This document shows, piece by piece, positions 17,035 to 25,432 of a stretch of 28,684 bases of DNA. Below the pieces are notes generated by a model. That model was given only the letters and a program-made list of their open reading frames with translations. It did no database searches and was not told the DNA's origin. The stretch comes from a virus (taxonomy: Duplodnaviria; Caudoviricetes). Position numbers and translations under genes: made by a program. The DNA is taken from IMG/VR virus record IMGVR_UViG_3300008218_000036, positions 1-28,684 of that record; one strand, written 5' to 3'. Numbering within the stretch: position 1 is the stretch's first letter; each line of letters begins with the position of its first letter.

Positions 17035-18055
17035 CAGAAATTGGCGTGACTGGGAAAATAATCACGCCGATAACGCAGTGTCTCCCAGTAAAAGCGGTAC
17101 TACTAACAAAAACAGTACCGTTACGAAGCGGAAGTCTTGTACCAGCAGGGCTTCCGCTCATGGAATAAAGTCTAAATTTTCTGCCCGGGCAGGGAAGAGG
17201 GCGTTTAAACAAAATTTATCAAAAAATAATTTATCTAATAAGAAATTTAATAGCGTTCAAAATGAATCTCAGCGCAAAATGAATAGAGATTTAATGGATA
17301 GAAAAAATCACAACATCTCTTGGAGTCAATTAACTAATGGAGAGCGCGTGAAAATTGATGATTATTATGAAAATGGCGAGGTTTACAGTAGTTCTAACAC
17401 CTTATCAGTAGCGATAAAATCAAATAAAGTTAATTTATGGGAAGCTGAATCTATGGGTTTAGACGCAAGCTATAGTAAATTAAATAGAATGTCATCAGCG
17501 TTTGCTAGAATGATATATAAATTTGGCGAAGATAACTTTGGAAAAGATACAGAAGGCGATGATTTTTGGTGCGAGAGGATGATTGCTGAAAGAGTTGTAT
17601 CACGCAAAAATATTAATCACTGTAAAAAGAGCCTTGAAAAAGACAGAATAATTATTATGTTAGATTCGTCGCCAAGTTGCGAAAACCAGGCATCTTTTTA
17701 TTCACAGATTGCTAGTATAGCCGCAAGATTTGGGGATATAGAACTATATGACGCACCTAATGGAAGGATAATAAAGGCATATTCTCCGCGTGATAAAGAT
17801 TTTTATTACATTTATAATAAGGATGATGTGCTAAATAACGCTCATCGTTGGAGTTATCTGGAAAATCGGAATATAATTATATTTACAGATGGCGATTCTA
17901 CAGAGGTTGTTGAAGAAAACCAGAAAAGAAATAATATCATTCTTTTAACTACCTCTAATACATCTAATTACATGTATAAAAATATGAGAGTAAACTGGTT
18001 TAAGAATATAGATGAACCGGAAGATTTAATAAAAGTCGCTAAAAAACTTAAATAA
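17021..18055 (+). CDS. VWA (MIDAS) domain protein
   Basis: IMLDSSPS (DxSxS) and IIFTDGD. Likely start is the TTG at 17021 after AGGAG, overlapping the ATPase stop. Confidence 0.75.
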   Translation: MSKINRNWRDWENNHADNAVSPSKSGTTNKNSTVTKRKSCTSRASAHGIKSKFSARAGKRAFKQNLSKNNLSNKKFNSVQNESQRKMNRDLMDRKNHNISWSQLTNGERVKIDDYYENGEVYSSSNTLSVAIKSNKVNLWEAESMGLDASYSKLNRMSSAFARMIYKFGEDNFGKDTEGDDFWCERMIAERVVSRKNINHCKKSLEKDRIIIMLDSSPSCENQASFYSQIASIAARFGDIELYDAPNGRIIKAYSPRDKDFYYIYNKDDVLNNAHRWSYLENRNIIIFTDGDSTEVVEENQKRNNIILLTTSNTSNYMYKNMRVNWFKNIDEPEDLIKVAKKLK

Positions 18056-18084
18056 TAACAAAACAAAACAAAAAGGAGTTTGCT

Positions 18085-18711
18085 ATGCTAGCGACACATA
18101 TCAAAAATGAAGATGATGCCTTCAGTAAAGCTGAAGATACAAACATCTTTGTTAGCGTCAATCCTGATGATGATGACGCTACTCTCGCAGACGAAACGTT
18201 AAAAATGTCTAGCGCTCTGCAAAAGATTGTTAGAACGTCAGTAGATGACAAAGACGTTGAGTCTTGGCAGGAATTTTTCGTATTAAGCGAAAAAGCAATA
18301 AGAAACAAAGGCGGTAAGATTGGAGATTACTTTGGAATGGCAAGTTATAATCTAGCAGCTTGCGTCACAATGATGAGCGAGTGGCAACGGTTTGCGTCCA
18401 GATTCAAAGAAGACACTGGTTTAATGCCGCCAATAATGGTAATGGCTTTGAAAAAAGGACTTGGCGATGGTGATACAATACAACAAAAATATGGTTTTCT
18501 CTGTCATTATTCATTGCGACGTAATTATGAAGTGGAAGGAATGTTAACATATATTAATAATGAAATATCATATATGATTAGCAGTCTACTGGCATCTTAT
18601 GGATGTGAAAAGGTATCTTCGCAAGAGTTCACATCTGAAGTTGAAGATGGTAATGTGTCATTTAAAGATATTGATTTTATTGCTAATAGCGATGAAAGAT
18701 ACGAAGCTTAA
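18085..18711 (+). CDS. Hypothetical acidic protein
   Basis: 208 aa, AAGGAG RBS. Confidence 0.7.
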   Translation: MLATHIKNEDDAFSKAEDTNIFVSVNPDDDDATLADETLKMSSALQKIVRTSVDDKDVESWQEFFVLSEKAIRNKGGKIGDYFGMASYNLAACVTMMSEWQRFASRFKEDTGLMPPIMVMALKKGLGDGDTIQQKYGFLCHYSLRRNYEVEGMLTYINNEISYMISSLLASYGCEKVSSQEFTSEVEDGNVSFKDIDFIANSDERYEA

Positions 18712-18757
18712 TCAAGAGGATTAAGCTAACTTAACAAAAAAGCGAAGAGGAAGTACA

Positions 18758-19552
18758 ATGGCTACTACTAAACGTACCGCCGTTGAACAAACCCTCGTAG
18801 ATGGTACTGTATATGAAGTCGGACAAGATGACGACTTTAAAGTAGGCGATGCTATCCACGCTTCTACGGATTACGCGAAATTTACCCTGATAAAGGGTAA
18901 TCGCCATGTCCGTATGAATAAAGTGGAGAATCTGGTTAAGTCTATTGAAAAGCAGAACCTTCTGCGGTGCTTTCCTATTGTGGTAACAAGTAATTATCAC
19001 ATAATTGATGGACAGCACAGGTTTGTAGCTGCGGCGAAGCTAAAGATACCTGTATGGTATGTGATGGTCAAAGGTAAAATTGACCTGGAAGTAATAGCGC
19101 TTGTAAACAATCAGCAAAATGCATGGAATATGCGGGATTATCTGCATATGTATCAAATGCTTGGGCTGAATCCGTACAAATCGTTTGCTGGTTACATTGA
19201 TAACTTCGGTTTATCAGTAACAACTGGCATACTATTGTGGCTTGGAAAATGTAACGTGAGTGACCAACTTGCGTTCAAATCAGGTGAATTTCCTGGTACA
19301 GGTTACAATAATGCGTACGAAACTGCAAGTGCATTGTCTGATTTGCAAGAATACATACCGCATTGTAAAATGTATAAGTTTTGCCTTGCGTTCGTAGATA
19401 TTCTTACGCATCCAGACTATAACCATAAACAGATGCTTAAGAAGTTGAAAATCACTGGCACTTTTCCAAGGTGCGCTCAAGCCTCTGATTATATCAGAGA
19501 ACTTGAAAGGGTTTACAACTTTAAGAGCCGCGAGAAAGTGAGGTTCTTCTGA
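18758..19552 (+). CDS. ParB/Sulfiredoxin-like N-terminal domain protein
   Basis: NRHVR...PIVV...IIDGQHRFVAA...KIPV; GAGG RBS. Confidence 0.8.
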   Translation: MATTKRTAVEQTLVDGTVYEVGQDDDFKVGDAIHASTDYAKFTLIKGNRHVRMNKVENLVKSIEKQNLLRCFPIVVTSNYHIIDGQHRFVAAAKLKIPVWYVMVKGKIDLEVIALVNNQQNAWNMRDYLHMYQMLGLNPYKSFAGYIDNFGLSVTTGILLWLGKCNVSDQLAFKSGEFPGTGYNNAYETASALSDLQEYIPHCKMYKFCLAFVDILTHPDYNHKQMLKKLKITGTFPRCAQASDYIRELERVYNFKSREKVRFF

Positions 19553-19555
19553 GTT

Positions 19556-20224
19556 ATGGGATTCGACCTGTATGGTATATCGCCATCGGGTGTTGACATC
19601 CATGAACCCTCAAGTGACGCATCAAAAGAAGAATGGTCTACATATTTTGAGACCGTAAACCGCATAGATGGCGCTTATTTCCGTAGTAATGTATGGGGAT
19701 GGCGTCCTCTATGGGGGCTTATTACTGAAATATGTGATGACATTCTTACTGATGATGATGTTGAGCGTGGAACATATAATGATGGTCTAGAAATATCATC
19801 TAAAAAGTGTGAGTTAATATCTAAACGCTTAAAAGATGCTATTGATGATGGCGGTGTTAGTCATTTCATTGAAGCTTTTAATGATATGAAAAAACAGGCA
19901 CCAAAAGAAACATGTTCTATCTGCGAAGGAACTGGTACTCGTAAAGGATGGGAAGGATGGCAGTCTAAAAAGGAATGGTTAAAACACCATGATAGACTGG
20001 AATATGGCGATGATAAAGATTCCGTTGAATCTTTAGTCAAGTCTATGGATAAAGAAGCGAGCCCACAAGTTGGTTACAAGTGGGCTAAAGAGTGCAAAGG
20101 ATGTAACGCTTGTCATGGAGCTGGTAAGGTTAATGCTTTTTTCTGTCATTATGATATTGACGAAAATGAAGTAAAGCGATTCCTTAACTTCTGTGAGAAT
20201 AGCGGAGGATTCAACATCTGGTAA
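19556..20224 (+). CDS. Hypothetical protein with DnaJ-type zinc-finger repeats
   Basis: CSICEGTG and CNACHGAG (CxxCxGxG twice). Confidence 0.7.
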   Translation: MGFDLYGISPSGVDIHEPSSDASKEEWSTYFETVNRIDGAYFRSNVWGWRPLWGLITEICDDILTDDDVERGTYNDGLEISSKKCELISKRLKDAIDDGGVSHFIEAFNDMKKQAPKETCSICEGTGTRKGWEGWQSKKEWLKHHDRLEYGDDKDSVESLVKSMDKEASPQVGYKWAKECKGCNACHGAGKVNAFFCHYDIDENEVKRFLNFCENSGGFNIW

Positions 20225-20231
20225 TGAATAC

Positions 20232-20323
20232 AATACGTTAAGCTACGTTATAGTTTTTTCCTTTAATTCGCCCCTGTGAGCGCGATAAGGAGTTCCTTTT
20301 CTATAGCGTAGCTTTAGCGTATT
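20232..20323 (+). ncRNA. Candidate structured RNA (long hairpin)
   Basis: 20232-20253 pairs with 20301-20323 (22 bp, two G-U, one bulge); inner TCCTT/AAGGA and TCGC/GCGA stems. Confidence 0.45.
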
Positions 20324-20410
20324 AGTTATTATATAGTAATATAATTAGTAATAGTTATTATATAGTATAGTTATAGTAGCGTATAGGTATATTATATATA
20401 TATATAGAAG
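20304..20410. repeat. AT-rich low-complexity element, copy B (inverted relative to copy A)
   Basis: TAGCGTA at 20304 and 20315, TAGCGTATAG at 20377, then a (TA)n tract. Confidence 0.8.
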
Positions 20411-20485
20411 TTCAAATGTTTTAAAAAAAACACTATGAAAAAGATTTTAAATAAGGTAATTTCAAATAACGAAATGGAGTTCAAA

Positions 20486-20701
20486 ATGAAACAAACAAAA
20501 AGAACGGCGATTAAAACATGTTCTTTCAGATGCCCTGAGGATGTTTATAAGCAACTAAAGATTATCTGCGCATATGAAGAGACCAGCGTACAAGATAAAG
20601 TAACATCACTTGTAGAAAAATGCGTTAAAAATTCTACTGCTTTTAACAAGTTAAATACATCTAATGAAAATACAAGAAATTTACAACAAGTATCTAACTG
20701 A
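20486..20701 (+). CDS. Ribbon-helix-helix (Arc/CopG/ParG-like) DNA-binding protein
   Basis: KTCSFRCPEDVYKQLKIICAYEETSVQDKVTSLV beta-alpha-alpha pattern; GGAG before the ATG at 20486. Confidence 0.65.
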   Translation: MKQTKRTAIKTCSFRCPEDVYKQLKIICAYEETSVQDKVTSLVEKCVKNSTAFNKLNTSNENTRNLQQVSN

Positions 20702-21368
20702 CGAAAATAAAAAGACTCAATCTTCTCGCTACAGCGGGAAGGAACAGTTCTTTCATTCATCTGGCTCTGGTCTATGTATGCGGAAGCATTGGTATGCATC
20801 TGTTGCTAAAATGGAAGGAGATGGTTTTAATGATAAAACACTCCGCATTTTTAGAATGGGCAATCTTATACATGAGGACATACAGGAAGCTCTCCGCATG
20901 TACGCTGAACAAGAAGCTCGCCCTATATTCATAGAAAAAGAATTATTCTTGGACAGATTCAATGTTAGGGGTTTCATAGACCTAGCGCTAGTTGATGATG
21001 ATGTTTTATACGACATAAAAACATGCAATTCTTTTAAGTGGACAAAGATGTTTGGTGCGGCAAAAAATAATAACCCTTCCGTTCAGTATGAGATGCAATT
21101 AGCTACATATGGACTTTGGTATCTTGAAAACTACGGAAGGTTAAGCGGTATGAAATTAGTCTACTATAATAAAAATACTTCTGACATGCGTGAGGTTGAT
21201 GTACCTATGGTATATTTAGATAAAGCTGAAGCGTACTGGGAAGAGTGTCATGATAAAGTAATTGGTAGTGAAACACCACCGGAACTAGAGATTGGTGCTT
21301 CTCCTACCTATGAATGGGAATGTTCATATTGTCAGTATAAAAGTGTATGTGGAGGCTATAAGCGATGA
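20664..21368 (+). CDS. Cas4-like PD-(D/E)XK exonuclease (recombination)
   Basis: C.RKHWY, G..IHE, GFID, DIKT, QLATY and a C-terminal CSYC...C (1+3 Cys Fe-S pattern). Confidence 0.85.
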   Translation: MKIQEIYNKYLTDENKKTQSSRYSGKEQFFHSSGSGLCMRKHWYASVAKMEGDGFNDKTLRIFRMGNLIHEDIQEALRMYAEQEARPIFIEKELFLDRFNVRGFIDLALVDDDVLYDIKTCNSFKWTKMFGAAKNNNPSVQYEMQLATYGLWYLENYGRLSGMKLVYYNKNTSDMREVDVPMVYLDKAEAYWEECHDKVIGSETPPELEIGASPTYEWECSYCQYKSVCGGYKR

Positions 21369-21547
21369 GAAAGCCTCTTAAAGCTTCTAAAGACCATGAT
21401 ATAAACATCATGAGAAAAACCCTTCTTAAAAGGGGGATATCGCAAAAATTAGTAAATACCCTAAACGAACAGCAAGTTAAAAATATATACTATGTTGTTG
21501 CGGGATTAGTTGTTAACGATAATAAAGAGAGAGATTACAATGAGTAA
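21365..21547 (+). CDS. Hypothetical small protein
   Basis: 60 aa, GGAGG RBS, ATGA overlap. Confidence 0.6.
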   Translation: MRKPLKASKDHDINIMRKTLLKRGISQKLVNTLNEQQVKNIYYVVAGLVVNDNKERDYNE

Positions 21548-22151
21548 AAATCTATCACTTTGGTCTAGCGTAGAAAACACAGACCCACGCTACACTACAA
21601 AAGTAAATCAAAGAGGCGGGTTTACCGCTATTGGAGCCCAATACCAAGTACGCGAAGCTACTGCAAAATTCGGTCCGCTTGGTATAGGTTGGGGAGTTAA
21701 AGATGAGCGCTTTGCACAGTATGAAGATTCAGGTCTTGTTCTGTACCAAGCTACATTGTGGTACAAATATGAAAGCGAACTTGGAGAGATTCCTATACAT
21801 TCATCTATTAAATACCATTCTAACAATCGCATTGATGACGACTTTGCTAAAAAAGTAGCTACAGATGCTCTTACAAAAGGTTTGTCGAAGTTAGGATTTA
21901 ACGCTGATGTATTTATGGGTTTGTTTGATGACAACAAATATGTAAGTACAATGAAAGCTAAATTTAATGGTAGCGGTAAAACAACAGTTGATTGGGAAAG
22001 TATAGTCAGGCAAGAGATGGATGGTTTAGACGCAGAAAATATAGAGATGGTTGATAAAGCTATTAAAGATGGCGGTGTAAATTCCAAGAACTATCTAAAG
22101 ACTATAGATAGAATAAAAGAACTAAAATCTAAAGCTACTGTTGAAGAATGA
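21540..22151 (+). CDS. Sak/Rad52-like single-strand annealing protein
   Basis: FGP.GIGWG...KKVATDALTKGLSKLGFNADVFMG; sits between the exonuclease and the SSB; start probably the ATG at 21540. Confidence 0.7.
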   Translation: MSKNLSLWSSVENTDPRYTTKVNQRGGFTAIGAQYQVREATAKFGPLGIGWGVKDERFAQYEDSGLVLYQATLWYKYESELGEIPIHSSIKYHSNNRIDDDFAKKVATDALTKGLSKLGFNADVFMGLFDDNKYVSTMKAKFNGSGKTTVDWESIVRQEMDGLDAENIEMVDKAIKDGGVNSKNYLKTIDRIKELKSKATVEE

Positions 22152-22621
22152 GCGCTATAGATGACTTAGTGGACTCCGCTTCACCTAAAAAATCTTACTA
22201 TATAGAAGATAGCGTATCTACTCTAAAACCCGGAACATATAGAGCTGTTATATCAGGTCTAAAGACTAAACAGAATGTAACCACAAGAACAGGCGTTCAA
22301 TGTGATATATATTGGATGATATATACCATTGAAGAAGAACACCCTGAGTGCGGAGGTGAAGATATTAGAGACTCTGGTATATTTAGGTTTAAGGGAGATG
22401 AGACAAAGCGCAATAGATTCTATAAAAAGTTTTTAGAAAGCCTAGAGATACCGCTTAAACAAATAAAGAAAGATGGAAAAGTTTATTATGAGCTTCCACC
22501 ATTGTTAGATGAAAATGTAGTCGGTAAGAAAGTACAAATTAACGCCTTCGAAAATAAATGGGAAGGTAAGTATGGCGTTAACCACGAGATAGTAGCAAAG
22601 ATGACAAAGGTGTTAGATTGA
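22148..22621 (+). CDS. Putative ssDNA-binding protein (DUF669-like)
   Basis: LKPGTYRAVI...VVGKKVQI pattern; next to the annealase. Confidence 0.5.
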   Translation: MSAIDDLVDSASPKKSYYIEDSVSTLKPGTYRAVISGLKTKQNVTTRTGVQCDIYWMIYTIEEEHPECGGEDIRDSGIFRFKGDETKRNRFYKKFLESLEIPLKQIKKDGKVYYELPPLLDENVVGKKVQINAFENKWEGKYGVNHEIVAKMTKVLD

Positions 22622-22818
22622 TTAGTTGTGATGATTTTTCAAACGCATACATATTATTATCTCATCTGACAGATTATGGAAAACTCACTAGAACTCAAGC
22701 TAATATTCTTTACAATGAATATTTTGTTGACGCTCAAATTGGATTTTTAAAGTCTTTTGGACACAATATAAAACGTAGAAAAATAAAAGGTGAACATGAA
22801 TGGTATTTAGCGAAATAA
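22618..22818 (+). CDS. Hypothetical small protein upstream of the helicase
   Basis: 66 aa, fills the gap with overlaps. Confidence 0.5.
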   Translation: MISCDDFSNAYILLSHLTDYGKLTRTQANILYNEYFVDAQIGFLKSFGHNIKRRKIKGEHEWYLAK

Positions 22819-24167
22819 ATACAAGGCAGATATCGGCACACGCTCCCGAAGCCGAGAAAACATTATTAGGTCAAATCCTAATAGATAATAGCGTGATAGA
22901 TAAAGTCGGAGAATATATTCCAGAGGAAGAAGTTTTTTACGATTCAAAGCATCAGAGAGTATGGAATACAATACAGTCTATGCGTAAAAGCGGAGATGAG
23001 GTAATAGATGTTGTAACTGTGATGTCTAGAATAAAAATCGTAGGTGATGATGATGTATCAGCTTACTATCTTACCGGCTTAATAGAAAATGTTGCTTCCA
23101 TATCAAATGCTGAGCATTACGCCAAGATAGTTTATGAAAAATGGTTACTAAGGAAAGTAATTAGAAAAGCTGAGATTATTAAAAATACAATAGATATGCC
23201 TATTGATGAAGCATACAATGCTTTACAGGCTATTAATAGCGAAATAGAAGATGTGCTGAATATGAGGGTTCGTGAAAAATTCGACCTTGGCAACTTGGTA
23301 GATGAAACGGCTGAACATATTAAAGCTCATGATAGTCTCATACCATTTGGGTACGGAAAACTAGATAAGATGACAGGCGGAATGACAAGAGGTGAAATAA
23401 CAGTAATAGCAGGTCGCCCAGGTCACTTCAAGTCAACTATGATGTTAAACATTGTTAGAAAACTTATACGCTCAGGAAATAAAGTTATTGTTTTTAATAG
23501 AGAGATGAGTAATGTTGAAATGATGAAAAAGCTTTTTGTTCTTGAGTCTCAAGTGTTGAATTATGATAGTCTCCGCTCTGAAAATATGGCAGATTTTGAA
23601 GTAAGCGACCTTGAATTAGCTAAAAAACATATTAAAAATAAATATCAAAATTTACTGATGTTTGATAATATATTTGATATAGAGCAAGCTATGCGAGAAA
23701 TTAGAAAACACAAGCCTGATGTTGTAGTGGATGACTACATAGGTCTTATTGACGTTTTTGGTATTGATGATAATAGACTTCGTGTAGACTCTATTATGAA
23801 GCAATATAAGCGTGCCGCTAAAACATACAACATGTGCTGTCTACTTGTTTCTCAACTTAATCGAGAATGTGAATCAAGGGCTAATAAACGCCCTATATTA
23901 CGAGACTTACGGGATTCAGGTTCAATAGAACAAGACGCTGAAATGATACTTTTTATGTACTACGATTGGAGATATAATTACATGGATAGTCAAGGCGGGG
24001 AAAATGAACTTGAAGTAATTTTAGGTAAAAACAGATACGGAAGAACTGGTAGCGTTGGATTGGGAGTTATAGGAGATAGGTGTTCTATTTTTAACGATGT
24101 CGATGAATCAGTAAACGATTCTTACAGACTAATAAAAGAAAGAGGAAAGCATGTCGGTTCATTATAA
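22800..24167 (+). CDS. dnaB: DnaB-like replicative helicase
   Basis: N-terminal EAEKTLLG; AGRPGHFKS, EMS, VVVDDY, SQLNR, DLRDSGSIEQDA, KNRYG. Confidence 0.93.
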   Translation: MVFSEINTRQISAHAPEAEKTLLGQILIDNSVIDKVGEYIPEEEVFYDSKHQRVWNTIQSMRKSGDEVIDVVTVMSRIKIVGDDDVSAYYLTGLIENVASISNAEHYAKIVYEKWLLRKVIRKAEIIKNTIDMPIDEAYNALQAINSEIEDVLNMRVREKFDLGNLVDETAEHIKAHDSLIPFGYGKLDKMTGGMTRGEITVIAGRPGHFKSTMMLNIVRKLIRSGNKVIVFNREMSNVEMMKKLFVLESQVLNYDSLRSENMADFEVSDLELAKKHIKNKYQNLLMFDNIFDIEQAMREIRKHKPDVVVDDYIGLIDVFGIDDNRLRVDSIMKQYKRAAKTYNMCCLLVSQLNRECESRANKRPILRDLRDSGSIEQDAEMILFMYYDWRYNYMDSQGGENELEVILGKNRYGRTGSVGLGVIGDRCSIFNDVDESVNDSYRLIKERGKHVGSL

Positions 24168-24360
24168 AGGTGAAGATGCCCAGTTCATTGTAAACTGTTT
24201 AAAAACATTGCGAAGTTTAATTAAAACTTTAAATATGGGCGAACATGCAGAGTTGTTAAGAATAAATGAAATAGTTAACAAATACGATACGGCAAATAAT
24301 AAATCTAGTAATTTGCCGGATGAAAGGTTAAGAGGTAACGATTGTGAGTCGTGCGAATAA
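24151..24360 (+). CDS. Hypothetical protein
   Basis: 69 aa, GAGG RBS. Confidence 0.6.
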   Translation: MSVHYKGEDAQFIVNCLKTLRSLIKTLNMGEHAELLRINEIVNKYDTANNKSSNLPDERLRGNDCESCE

Positions 24361-24646
24361 GAAAAAACTGACCATAAGAGAAATAGAGCTAATGTTATCG
24401 GCTCTAGCTAATAAGGTATCTTCAATAGAAAATAGCATAAATAAAATTGTTATGCCCGGAATGACAGCTTCTATGAATATGTTTGAGATTTATGTTGACA
24501 TGAAAGGTGATTTAAACGATTTAGTGGAGAAAATAAATGAATACGCAGAAAAAACAACCAGAAAAGAAAACGAACTTCAAGAAGCAGGGCAAGAGAAACA
24601 GGCAGAGGGGAGCGGAACTTCAGAGACAAGCGGTGAGACTAGCTAA
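24344..24646 (+). CDS. Hypothetical coiled-coil protein
   Basis: 100 aa, GAGGT RBS, GTG start. Confidence 0.6.
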   Translation: MSRANKKKLTIREIELMLSALANKVSSIENSINKIVMPGMTASMNMFEIYVDMKGDLNDLVEKINEYAEKTTRKENELQEAGQEKQAEGSGTSETSGETS

Positions 24647-24893
24647 AGATTTTGAGCTTGATTCTAAGAACAGAGATAGAGGCGGTGCTCAACATGAGCA
24701 AGGCGACATAGAAATAGAACATAAATTCTATGGATGCAAGAGAAGAAAAAGAGCACCAAAGTGGATATTCCCTGAAAAAGAGGAAGTTGGTGTTATCTTC
24801 AAAGCTGATTATATGCCTACATATATATCAGTTGAGCTTGAACACTACCTACTACTTCTTTCATTGGTAAAAAAGGATTTTATAAATGAGTAA
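24537..24893 (+). CDS. Holliday-junction-resolvase-like (Hjc/PD-(D/E)XK) protein
   Basis: GKRNRQRGAELQRQ...GDI...YGCKRR layout; GGAG RBS; expected catalytic Glu residues look substituted. Confidence 0.55.
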   Translation: MNTQKKQPEKKTNFKKQGKRNRQRGAELQRQAVRLAKDFELDSKNRDRGGAQHEQGDIEIEHKFYGCKRRKRAPKWIFPEKEEVGVIFKADYMPTYISVELEHYLLLLSLVKKDFINE

Positions 24894-25062
24894 GCGCAAC
24901 AGTCAAAATTGGCATATATCCGTTTCATCAGCTATAAGGATGTATGAGAGACTATTTAAAGCTGGTAAGATTAAGCGTGAAGGAGCAGCTTGGAAAAGAC
25001 TAATGGAGCTGTATGATATGCACGCACAGAAAAGAGATTTCAGGTCTAATGAGTCCAGCTAA
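24886..25062 (+). CDS. Hypothetical 58-aa protein
   Basis: Not in the ORF track. AAGGA RBS; MSKRNSQNWHISVSSAIRMYERL...; fills the gap. Confidence 0.6.
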   Translation: MSKRNSQNWHISVSSAIRMYERLFKAGKIKREGAAWKRLMELYDMHAQKRDFRSNESS

Positions 25063-25432
25063 TTTTGACATAGACCTAAAATTCGGTAAAATATATGAAG
25101 AAAAGGTTAGGAATATATTTGAAGGCGAAGGTAAGATTGAAGTCAAAACTGAACGTGATATATGGGCTACAACAGGAAACATGGCTATAGAAATACGCTA
25201 TGACGGAAGAATGAGCGGCATATCTACAACAGAAGCTACGTGGTGGGCTCATGTATTCACTATTGATGGAGACATGAAGTTTTTTCTAACCTTCAAAGTA
25301 GAAAAATTAAAAAAGTACATTAAAAAATTACTGAGTATGAAACTAGCTAGAATAGTAGATGGTGGCGACGACCATAAATCAGAAATAGTTCTCATACCTG
25401 TAAAATACATAGTTGGAAAATCATGGATATAA
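25049..25432 (+). CDS. Putative PD-(D/E)XK-fold phage protein
   Basis: FDIDLKFG...KIEVKTE...TGNMAIE...SGISTTEA; start probably the ATG at 25049. Confidence 0.55.
   Translation: MSPANFDIDLKFGKIYEEKVRNIFEGEGKIEVKTERDIWATTGNMAIEIRYDGRMSGISTTEATWWAHVFTIDGDMKFFLTFKVEKLKKYIKKLLSMKLARIVDGGDDHKSEIVLIPVKYIVGKSWI

Noticed and set aside
20664-21368. Cas4-like gene as part of a CRISPR-Cas system
   Set aside because: No cas1/cas2 and no repeat-spacer array; its exonuclease-annealase-SSB context is a standard phage recombination module.
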